Part shown: in pieces, positions 16,901 through 28,600 of the stretch | How the letters are laid out: each line of letters starts with the position of its first letter | How positions within the stretch are numbered: position 1 is the first letter of the stretch | Assembly (NCBI GenBank): GCA_051294375.1 | Contig: CM119264.1 | Coordinates: 8,129,051 to 8,193,050 of the forward strand | Origin: Paraspadella gotoi | Taxonomy: Eukaryota; Animalia; Chaetognatha | Reading direction: 5' to 3' | Length of the DNA stretch: 64,000 nucleotides | The notes under the pieces: generated by a model | Seen by the model: the letters and a program-made list of their open reading frames with translations, nothing else | What the model was told of the DNA's origin: nothing | Databases searched by the model: none | Program-made: the position numbers and the translations under genes

Positions 16901-19900
16901 GAGATTTGGTGGAGATTCTAGGGCTAGCTGATGACGAGATGCTCAAGGTGTAAGGGGGATCGTAAAATTGATTAGAATATCGTTGTTAGTGGGGAGTGGG
17001 GAGGTGTGGCAACAACAACACGCGACCTCACCAGATCAAGAACTCTGGTCAAACTCTCTCTTTCTCTCTCTCACTCATTCTCCAATTCTCACCACGGTCA
17101 CCAAGAGTAGAGTGGAGCACTCAAGAACAAAAAAATTATTTGAATGATCGAACAAGGATATGTAAGATAGTATGATTAATTAGTACAAAAAATATTTTGT
17201 TCAGAATAGTAAAATATAATATATTTGTAGTAATAATCTTATAAAATAATAAATTTTAAAAATATACTTTTTTAAACTTTTAATGAAGATTCAGATTCTT
17301 AATAAAAAGTTGAATCAAAAATACAAAATATGTTATCAAAAATTCTGTCATCTTCAGCGTTTAAAATGGGGGGGGGGAAAAGGTAAAAATTCATGACTTT
17401 TTTATTCTCTGTAGTAGAAACTTGTATATGTTAAAACGTTTTAGTCATTTTTTGTAATCCAAACATTAAAATATCATATAACATATTTAATAAAAGTTTC
17501 TTAGTTTTTTTCGGCGAATCCAAATCTGTTCTTAAAAATAAAAAAAAATTATTTTGAAATTTAACGATTTTATAAGGATATTACTACATAAATAATTTAA
17601 TTTACTATACTGTTATGCTAAAAAGATCTTTAAAATGATTTAAAATTCATTAATTACATGTCTATAGGAAGCAAAAAAAATAATGTTCAATCACTCAATC
17701 TTTTCATCGCTCCACCCTTACCCTTACTCATGTCGCGCTTTCCCTACTTTTTGGTAAATATTTTTACGGCCATTTCTATCCTCGATGCCCGGAGAAACAT
17801 CGTTTTTACGAGTTTCCGAGGCATTTCGATTTAAAACGTTTCAACCTTTACTATACAACTTTTCCTTGGTGACTCACGTTGAGACGCTCGTCAGCGCTAG
17901 CATGAGAATAAGCGACAATTCTCACATTCTCTCTTCCGGCTGTCCTCAGCTCGTTCCTTTGTAAAGTTATTGTTTACTGTTTTAGACCTGGTGATTTTTA
18001 TATTTGTTGTAGAATAAATCATTCTCGATCTGAACCTCGTCCAATTTAATTGACACCTGTGGGTTCTTGTCGGTACGTTTGGCAATTCAATGGGACGAAT
18101 TTATTTTCCAACAACAAATATAAAAATGAACAAGTGAAAATGTTAAGTCTAAACAATAGCTTTACAAAGGAACCGGCTGAGGACAGTCGGGAGAGAGTCA
18201 ATGGTGACCGTGGTGACCGGTCAGCGATTGAGTGAGAGATGGAGAATGAGAGAGAGAGTTTGACCAGAGATCTCGATTCGGTGACGTCGCCTGTTGATGT
18301 TGCCACAGTGTCAATTTATGTTCATATTTTTTTTCCTGAGGTAGTTAGTTAGAGAAATCTCTTCTTAATTTTAAAGAAATGTGTTTTGTATTTCCCAGGG
18401 TCGGCTCAACTTCACGCGTTACCCGCCAGGTTTCACAATCGTACGCCAGGGAGCGCAGGATTCGGACCTTCTCTACGTACTCTCCGGCAATGTCTCTGTC
18501 ATTCATGAGCGGGTCTGTTTTATAATTTAATATATTTATTATTTAATTTTTGTTAAATTGCTGACTGTACAGTCCTGTGCAAAACAAATAGGACACTCTT
18601 CAAACTTAAGTTGCGCTCGTTTTACGTATGTATTATAAAAATTTATGAATGATAAATGTAGATTTTGAAATGGGAAATCCATATTCATAATTTAAAAGAA
18701 AATCAGTCCAGCATTTCAGAGCTTCAGTATTTTAAACACAAGAGGTTAAAAATATATTTATTTTTTTCTACTCTGATAATCTGTTTGAGTTTTTAGTAGT
18801 TGTGACTGAGTAGTTATTTTTAAAAAATAACTGCTTAGTAATGGATATATATGTACCAATAATTTTTTTATGCTATATATTATTCATTTATAATATTTTT
18901 ATTTAAAAAAAATATAATTTGATTTATTTTCATAGTGTTTTTGGGTGTCCTTTTTTTTCGTACAGGACTGTTATTTAAGGCTACTTTTTTGATTTATTAT
19001 TAAATTAAGCGATTTTATTTTATTAGTTTATAGCCAAAAGTCACGAGGTAATCCTGAATTAAAATATTTCCCTAATTTTGTTCCACTTCAGTCGTTGCTT
19101 TTTTTTTTCTCAATTATGTAGTTTACTTTTTAGATAGACGGTACCAAAGTCGAATTCAGTTTTCCTAGGTTATATAAAGTAAACAGAAGATGACCATAAG
19201 AAATTAAAACGTTTTTCCATTCCTCCCTCATAAACCTTGTCCAAACCCCTCTTCTACACCCTTCCCGCGCTCGTTAGACGGGGACAACCCCAGAACAAAA
19301 CGTGCTGTACCATTGTCACAAAGGCGACCTCATAGACTCTTTGTCTGTGCTGACCGGAGAACCCTCGGTCTTCTCCGTCGTTGCCAGTACGGGTTGTATC
19401 TTGGTGCACGTCTCGAAATCCAATTTTTACAGGTTAGTACAGTTTAGTTTTAACGCTAGCTTGATTAACCAGTCAATTTTTAACCAGTTTTTACTCTTCC
19501 TTTATTAATTTGCAGTATTATGAAGAACGACCCGTCGGTTGTGCTGAGGATAGCACATCACATTATCCGGAGACTCTCTCCTTTTGTTCGACAAGTATGA
19601 GCCCTACCTTTTTTCCGTCTCCCAATATGTAATTAACGATATTTACGAAAGTTTCCCTTCTTTGGCCCTTTCCTTCCGTTACAGATCGACTTTGCCTTGG
19701 ATTGGACCTACGTTGAGGCGGGCAAGGCGGTTTTCCGTCAGGGCGTAAAGGCCGACTCCATCTATATCGTTTTGAACGGACGACTTCGCTCCGTCATAGA
19801 GGTGAGTCCCGTACTTCGGTTTCTGCCATACTCCTAAATAAGTACTTACTATAGCATTATTTACAGGAATCTTCTATATCTGGTTCTATAAAAAAACGTC

Positions 19901-22900
19901 TCATCGGCGAGTACGGACGTGGAGAAATCGTCGGGCTAGTTGAAGTTCTCATGCAGGTTCTATTCGATGGATGGATCGATTGGATTGTTGGTTAGTTTAT
20001 ATTATTTTATTTTCTATTAATTCATTATCTTTTAAGACTAATCGCACGACGACGGTGATGGCTGTTCGAGACACTGAATTGGCCCAGATTCCCGAAGGAC
20101 TTTTGGATGCTATCAAACAGATGTATCCTCAGGTACCACTATCAATATTGGATAAAAAAAGACAAGGTTGCCGTTTCGTTGCTATTATATTTTTATATAA
20201 TTCACTTTGTCGGTCCGTCGGTCCTAATTAATTAACTTGAATTAATTACCGCTAATGATCGTGGGCAGATCCGACATTTTTTGCTCAAACTTGTTTTCCT
20301 TCTTCCCAGGTGGTTTCTCGTTTGGTTCACCTCCTCGGTACCCGAATCCTAGGCACCCTGAGGGGTCCGTCCCCCACGCACGATCCTTTGACCCATCAAG
20401 GGCATCACCCACACCACGGGCACCACAAGGTCACCAACCTCTCCACCATCGCGACCATTGCCATTCACGAGGACGTGCCCATCCTTAACTTTTCGAGGGA
20501 GCTTGAGAAGCACCTGGCTCTTATTGGTAGGTGAAGGAAACTAGGAAGAGATTGTAAGATTGTCAGCTTGTTCCGTACATCAGCTTCGTAACTGAGGCCG
20601 AGTTTTAGCCCTGGGCGGAACGGTGCTTGCAAAAGATTGACGGGCCGGTTAAACCACCGGAAGGAAGCCTATCATCGGTACCTAACTTCCGGAAGGCAAC
20701 TGACGGAAAAATGACCGTTAGAAAGAAGAGGGGGGTAAAAATCCGAAATATGAACTAACCTCCTTGGATCAGGTAACACGTTGCGTCTCAACTCTTTCCT
20801 TGTGTTCGATCGTCTCGGCAACTCTGCGATGGACTCCGTCAACGAATATCGTCTTCTGAGTTGGTTAGGGATGCAAGAAGATATTCACCGAATGGTCATC
20901 TACGAGGTGATTTTCTTTTCGACCCTTTATGTACTTAATCCTCAAAATCTTTTCCGACTTTTTTTAGTGCGACAGCCGTATGACGCCATGGACGATGCGC
21001 TGCATTCGCCAGGCCGACTGCCTCCTTTTTGTTGGTCTCGGCAGTCACGATCCAAAAAAACTGGGCTCTATGGAGAAAGAACTCGGTAGGGTTTAACTCT
21101 GATTGTAACGCTTTTTGTAATTCCGAATAAAAAATAATAATTATTCTTCCCACCGCCGGGCAGAGGGCATGTCACTCCGTTGCCAGAAGGAATTGGTTCT
21201 TCTCTACCCGAAAGACTCGCGAGGGCCGAGAAAGACTGCCGATTGGCTAAACTCCCGAGGTTACCTCTTCTCCCATCACCACATCCGATGCCCCAACTAC
21301 ATCTTCAAGGAGCGTAGGAGAAATACACAGAACAAAAACGCCGGATGTGAGTAACGCTTTTTATTTCGTTTTTATCTAGACTATTGTGGCGGTATATTCA
21401 CACCGCCTCACATCCACCATCGTTCAGCTAATATCATTGGCTCAGAGGGGCAACGCACCATCCTAAGCGTTGCGTTCCATCCAGTCCTAATGACTTCCCT
21501 CTGCGTTGGCAAAGCGAGACCGTCCCAGGGTAACCGGGCCTGTGACAGGAGGCGTCACTGAGGGTCAGAAGCCCCCAAAGCCAACAGTGAGATGCCCCAT
21601 CCCGATGGGCATCACAGGCAACCCGGCTGTTGCCTTACTATACCATTTATAGTTTTTCAATTTGCTTTAAATGGTATAAAAATAAAAGATACATTTTGCT
21701 AAATTTAATGCTAAGTACGAGAATTAAGCACAGAACGATCATCTTGAACATAATTCACATTTGTTTTCGAATGGCTAAAAAGAGATGAGATTTTTTCGAA
21801 AGTCTGTAAGGCTTGGATTCGTCCTAATTTGACGCTTGCGGCCGTTTAGAACTTTTAGGAGATGCTCGCCAACGCCGTCCGTTTTGTTGGTCAGCATCGA
21901 CACCCTGCTCTCGCTTTCTCGCGCTTCCCGAGATCGATCTCGTCGGCCTCCAAACTGACTTTTTCCCCCGCGAGATAATCCGATCGAGATGGTAGTTCCT
22001 CCTCTAGAATGATGTCCACCAAGTAATCGAAAACGGCTGGATAGTACCAAGGAATAACGTAAAGTCAAAACCTAATTCTTTGGTGAAGTTGTAAAAATAT
22101 CAGCGTTTTTAATTTTTCATAAGAGGTACATATTTATGAATTTTATTTTTAAAATAGCGACCTTTGACGTTGATGTTGTCTTTTGCCGATGCTTCGAAGA
22201 AGGGCAGTTGGATCTCATCGGCAAGGTCTCGTCCGTTGTCGTAGGTGACGACGCGATCTTCGGTAAGATCGCATTTGTTTCCAACGAGGATCGCCTAATA
22301 GTGGAGAGATTATCGAACGCGGTTGAACACCATTACAAAAAGAGCCAAAAACTAATTATAATGTCGTAATTGGCAGACTATATTCCTAAAGACAAATCGA
22401 AAGATTGGGGAAGAAAACTAGGGTATGCACAAATTTCAGAAGTAACCTTAGTGTTTTCGTAGCAAAACGACTTCACTTGAGAGCACCACCCGTTGATGTC
22501 GTTAAAGCTTCTCTCGTTGCTGATATCGTACATGAGGATAAATCCCGAAGTGCCTCGATAATAGGCGGACGTTATTGTGCGGTATCGTTCCTGACCCGCC
22601 GTGTCCCATATCTATGTGGATTAGGTGAACTATTGAAGGTAGCGATCAAATAATATTAGAAGATGCCGGTTTTGTTTCCGTATCTAGTTTTATTTTGAAA
22701 TTTTAGGTTAAAATAAAAAACAATCATTTTGGTATTATACGGGCGTTTTCCACGTGCCTGCAATTTGATCTTACGACCGTCTTTGACGACTGTCTTGATT
22801 CGGAAGTCGATGCCGATAGTGGAGCAGAAGGCGCTGTTGAAGACGTCGTCTGTAAAACGGGTCAGGAAAGCGGTTTTGCCGACGGCCGAGTCGCCGATGA

Positions 22901-23531
22901 TGAGGATCTTGAGCAGGTTATCGTAGAGTCGCCACGGCTCGAGGATGTCCGTTACTGAAACAGCAGGGGAGCTTTTTGAGAAATTCGTGGCTCACCGTCG
23001 TTTTATTTTTAGTCATTAATTAGTAAAGATGTATTAGACTTATCATTTGTTTGCTAAGCGTTTTTATATTTGAATTTTCGGAATTAAATTACAAAACGAA
23101 ATAAAAATATGACGAATCGTTTGTCATATTAGACCTTGAGGATCTTCCGGTTCCATCGCCTTTTCGCAAAACCGGAAATCCTTGCGAACGAGTCCGGGCT
23201 TTTGTCAGGTTTCACCGTTAAGTTCCCTCGTTACGTCACGGCATTGTGATTTTCCCAATTCGTTCACGAATGCGATGAAATACTTCCACAGTGTTAATTT
23301 AATGCCGTTGTTTTTTCGAAACTCGTCTTTTTATCCAATTCCCGTTTTTTCGATACGAACAGATCAATCCTTCTGTTGTTGTTGTATTTTTTATTTAATT
23401 TAGAATTTACCCGAGCTATTTGGGTCGAGTCAGAACGGAAGGAATACGGGCGAGTACTTTGTGCATTCATTTTCAGTCCGAACCGGTTTGTTAGATCTCT
23501 TTATTGTGTCCCCAAACTCAGTAATAATTCG

Positions 23532-23585
<54 letters not shown>

Positions 23586-25606
23586 CGAGGCCGTAGTGTT
23601 CGGAGTCGAGGGAGCGAACTTTAACTTAAAATAATACTAATATCGAGAGTAACTGAGGAGTGAAGTAAGATTTTATTCGAGGTGAAAAACTTGAAATTCC
23701 CTCTCGGTGGCGGAAAGCGACACGAGTAGTTTTGTCATGCGTATCGTTTTTTAATGATTATAATTATTTAAAAGTTGTAAATAGTTGATTTTTATGTTAA
23801 AGCATTGTCCAATGTGCGTAATGCAACCTTATTTAAGTATTTAGGATGTTATACGTACATATTTTGGTGATTAAACATTCATTTTTGTATTTTCCCAATT
23901 AATCTTTATATTATTAATATTTATTTATTTATTTATATTATTAAAAATATTAATATTTATTTATTTATTTATATTATTAAAAATATAGTAACTAAGCCTT
24001 CTCACTTCGTGTACTATTATGACACGAGGGGTCGAGAGTCAAAACAATAACAACTGAGACTGGGTCTGATAATTAAGGGGGGCAGTAAACTTTAAAGAGA
24101 AAACGAGGATATGTTACATGTATACGTATTTTCAAAATCGATGAATTAATGCGATAAGAACGAGAGAAATATCATGGTGGTTGTTGTTGGTTACTTTTTA
24201 GGATAACGAAGATCGTGTTCCCTCTGTATAAATAGAAGAGTTAAATAAGAAATTAAACTTTTTTGTGTCTATTTTCAGTGAAAGACAGTACGCCAGATCG
24301 ATGTTCCGATTTCTCTCGTTTGGCGCGATTTTTGACGGGAACTGGAATCGGCGTCGTTCTCGGCGGAGGTGGTGCCAGGGGAATGGCCCATATCGGGATC
24401 ATAAAGGTAAGGAACCAGAAAATATTGACGAAAATGAGGAGAACCTAACATCCCAAACTCCACCAATGGCATTATGGCACCAATTCTCTAGGCGATGTCC
24501 GATTATGGAATTCCCATCGACATGGTCGGCGGAACCTCGATTGGATCCTTCGTCGGGGCGTTATGGGCGGAGGAGCGTGATCCGGAGGTCATTGCTCATC
24601 GAGCAAAGGATTGGTGCGAGGTCATGGGGAGTCTGTGGAAAAAGATCCTTGACCTCACTTACCCCATAACGTCAATGTTTACGGGTCAGTGTCAAAATAG
24701 ATCACGGCAAAGTAACTAATAACTAATACCTAATAACTTATTTCCAAAAAGGAGCGGGATTCAACGGATCCATCGAAGGCGTCTTCCATGACAGACAGAT
24801 TGAAGATCTTTGGATACCTTATTTCGCCATAACCACCGACATTACTAGCTCCGAGCAGCGCGTCCACCGATCGGGTTCTCTCTGGCGATACGTCCGCGCC
24901 TCCATGTCGCTCTCGGGTAAACTATTTTATTTTCTTTCTGCTGTTGCATAGCTAACATCTTTTTATCGCATTCTCCAGGATATCTCCCTCCCCTCTGCGA
25001 CCCAAAGGATGGTCATCTTTTACTCGACGGGGGTTACGTCAACAACGTTCCCGCGGACGTCATGCGCGAGCTTGGTTGCCAGGTGAGAAGGGCGATTTCC
25101 AATGGCCAATGGTCAATGATTAAAAAACCAATAGCAACGATCATGATTAAATCTGTGAAGACGATTGTGATTTGGGACAATGATTTCTTCATTGTCGATG
25201 GCAAATGAGTACAGCGAGTCTTACTTTCCCCCAGACCATTATCGCCGTCGACGTCGGCTCCATTGACGACATGGATCTTACCAACTATGGCGATTCCCTT
25301 TCCGGTGCCTATTTCTGCTTTTGAAACGAGAAAAAATAACACCTAAATTAATTTAAATCCAGGTTTTATCGTCGCAATCGCTTGCGCTTGCGACGTTTTG
25401 GAAACGATGGTCCCAATAAACGTCGTCGTCGTCATCGTTGTCATCGCTATTGGCGTTCTAAATATAAATCGCCTTATTATAAAAAGTTTATGCGTTTTTC
25501 TCTCTCTCTACCTCGCTTTCTTTCTCCCTCTCTTTCTTTTTCTCTTCTCTTTCTCTCTTTCCATCTTTCTCTCTTTCCATCTTTCTCTCTTTCTCTCTTT
25601 CTCTTT

Positions 25607-25647
<41 letters not shown>

Positions 25648-28600
25648 ATAAAACTTAGTTTTCCTGTATCAAATTATCAAATTGTCATGGGTCGAGATTT
25701 TTGCTATGCGATTGCGACGATCCTTATGCTTTTAAGATTTTTTTTTCTACTTGCAAGTCTCCCTAACTTACTCTTCCTCTCTCACCCTTCACTTCCAGGT
25801 TGGTGGCTTCTCTTTAAGCGGTACTGGCCAGGAACGAAACCCATTCGTGTTCCCGACCTTAATGAGATCCAGTCTCGCCTCGCCTACGTCTCTTGCGTCC
25901 GTCTCCTGGAGACTGTCAAGACAAGGTGGGCTCGGCTCGGGTTGTGGAAAATTCTAAAGTTATTTTCGCTCTTTCTTAAAATTCATTCAATTTTCGTTTT
26001 CTTTTTGTAATGAAGACCTGAATATTTTGTTTTTCAGCGCATGGTGCAACTGGATCCGCCCTCCCATCGACCAGTTCAAGACTCTTCAGTTCTACTCCTT
26101 CGATGAGATTTACAAGTGCGGACTGCAACACGGACACACCAGTAAGATATTTTTGTACCTTTGCGGGCAGAAAGGACAAGATCAAAACAAAAACATTTCC
26201 TCCCAGTTATGGAAGAATGGAAGAAGAACGGGTTTCTGACAAGCATCTACGATGAAAAAACTCCCGAAAAGGATCACAAGCGCACCGATCTCTCTTACTT
26301 CACCAACCCACAGGTATTGAAAAAGCACCCGTTGGATTACTAATACAACCTCGGGTATAAAATACGTAGTATAAAATTAAATAATTTGAATATTGAAACA
26401 AAAGGCCGTCAACGTTCGCTCTGCCGCGACTTTCACCGACTTAGCAGAGCTGGTGTCGACCATCAAGAAGCCCCTCCCGATCTACACTGAGGAGGAGGAA
26501 GACTTTGATGAAGAGGACGACGAGGACGACGAAATCTTCTCCGTCGAAAACACCGTCACCTTCGATACCAGAGTCTCTGGAGAAAATGTCGGTGACGACC
26601 GAGAAGTCACCAGAGGAGCAGTTCGGGAGGAGGATGACGACGACGATGAGGGGGGTGAGATGAAAAGAATTATCACTCGCTATTTTTGTTTCTTCATATA
26701 CTTTTCTAACATAAGTGCGGAGTACAATAAGTATTCCCCGATCTAATACTTAAGGGAGTGGTCTTTTCATACAATTGAAACATTCTTTGAAATATTATAC
26801 CACTTCATTGATAGGGAAGCCAGGCACTCTGGGAGTGAATAAACGAGACTGTGAGAGAGTCTTGATTGAAAGCTTGCAGGGACCTGCTATGTCATTATCT
26901 TGTAAGAGTGATGGAGGCCTTAAACCACCAAAGCCTGTCCAAAGTCAGGGGCAAGATAGCTTATTTATTAAATGAATGGATAATTTTTATATTGGTTGTA
27001 CCAATTTCATAAATATAAATTATAAAATCATCTCATTGCCCCTGCATCAACCTCACTAAGTTTTATTTTCGAGAGTCCGATGTATTTTAATTTGGATACA
27101 TAGTAAAACGGGGGGGAAACTACGTTACGTTAAACATTTTTTGGGACAAACGAGATTTTTTTGCATTTTTAAAAGGGAACTTCACTGTGACAGTGTGACC
27201 TTATGTAAAAACGAATTAATGGCCACCGGCCACTGTATCGATAATTTGACTTTTCCTCAATTTGATAATTATTTCTACCTCTACATACATCCTCAAATTC
27301 CCCTCAATCCCGTACTTTCCCATTTTCAGAATCGATGTCCGATTTCCGCGAGTACCGATCCGTCTCAAATGGCGGTCCTTCCTACAGGCGCCTCTACCGC
27401 CACAAGATGAACTCGAGTCCCGGTGAGTCGCGCAATCGATGGGACCAGCCCAAATCTTCGATGCGTCTCGTGTTGGAGAGCGACAACGGTCGGCTAATGT
27501 CGGTTCCGGTGCGCGCCGACGAGTTGGGTTTGGACGAATTCGGAGCCGACGATGAGTCTGACAATTACGAAGACGAATCGGACGATGAGAAATCCTACAA
27601 CTCGGAAGACGACCGCAGCCCCGAAGAAGATCGCAAAAAGAGGACGTCGACAATGACTGATGCCATAGATTCCGAAACTGCTTCCACTTGCGAGAATCGA
27701 GGATCCCCTATTGTTTCCGACGCGCTTGAAAAAGCGTTGATCGAATCCACGCGTGATGGAAACGATGGCGTCCGAAGTACCGTCGATTCCCTTCCCTCGC
27801 CGCCCGATCGCTCTTCGAAAGTCAACACGGACGGTGCCTCCGTGAAAATTGCCTCGACACCCCCGTCGTTTTACCCTCACTCGGTCGGCGGAGTCTTATC
27901 CGGTGCTTCCGGAGAAAAGACGCCGACGACTCCGTCGATTCTTCGTCGCCGAGACGCCAAGGGCGACCAAGCTAGCGTGACTTCGGCAGCCGCTTGTCCC
28001 GGAGCGCCGGAGCGCACGACCCATCTTTTGGCTCCGGATAAAAAAATGGGAGCGGGTTCTAGGAGGCGAGATTTAACTGGGAAGGCTGAAGCCGGAGGCG
28101 GCTCCGAAAAGTCAGGGAAAAAGGGTGAGAGAGCGCGTTTTACAAAGTCGCTTAAGAAAAGAACGATATCATTGATTTTTGAGACTTGTTGATAGACTTG
28201 TATATAATCATTAGAAGAAACAAAAACAAGACCAACAGCATAATCCTCTCCATTGTACAACTTTCATGTCCACAGATTTTTCGATGATGACATCCGTAGA
28301 AGGTGAAGTCGACACCAACCTCCCTTTTTACGGCAGCGGGCCTATTCCAATTTCCAGCCTGTAAGTCGACCGAATGCCATTTTTACTCCGAAATAATTTA
28401 TTCCGTATCAAAGTGTTTAAAGACGCGACTTAACCTTTAAGGGTCGAAGGAAGTCCTCAGAATTGGAGTCAAAAATGAAGGTTGGTTCAGACAATTAGTG
28501 GACAATTAATTTTATTAAAATGAATACGAACAATTTTTTTCTCATCCTCTCAGGCGTTCTTTCCAAGAAGACGATTTGCTCGAGTGGGATCCTTACACAC

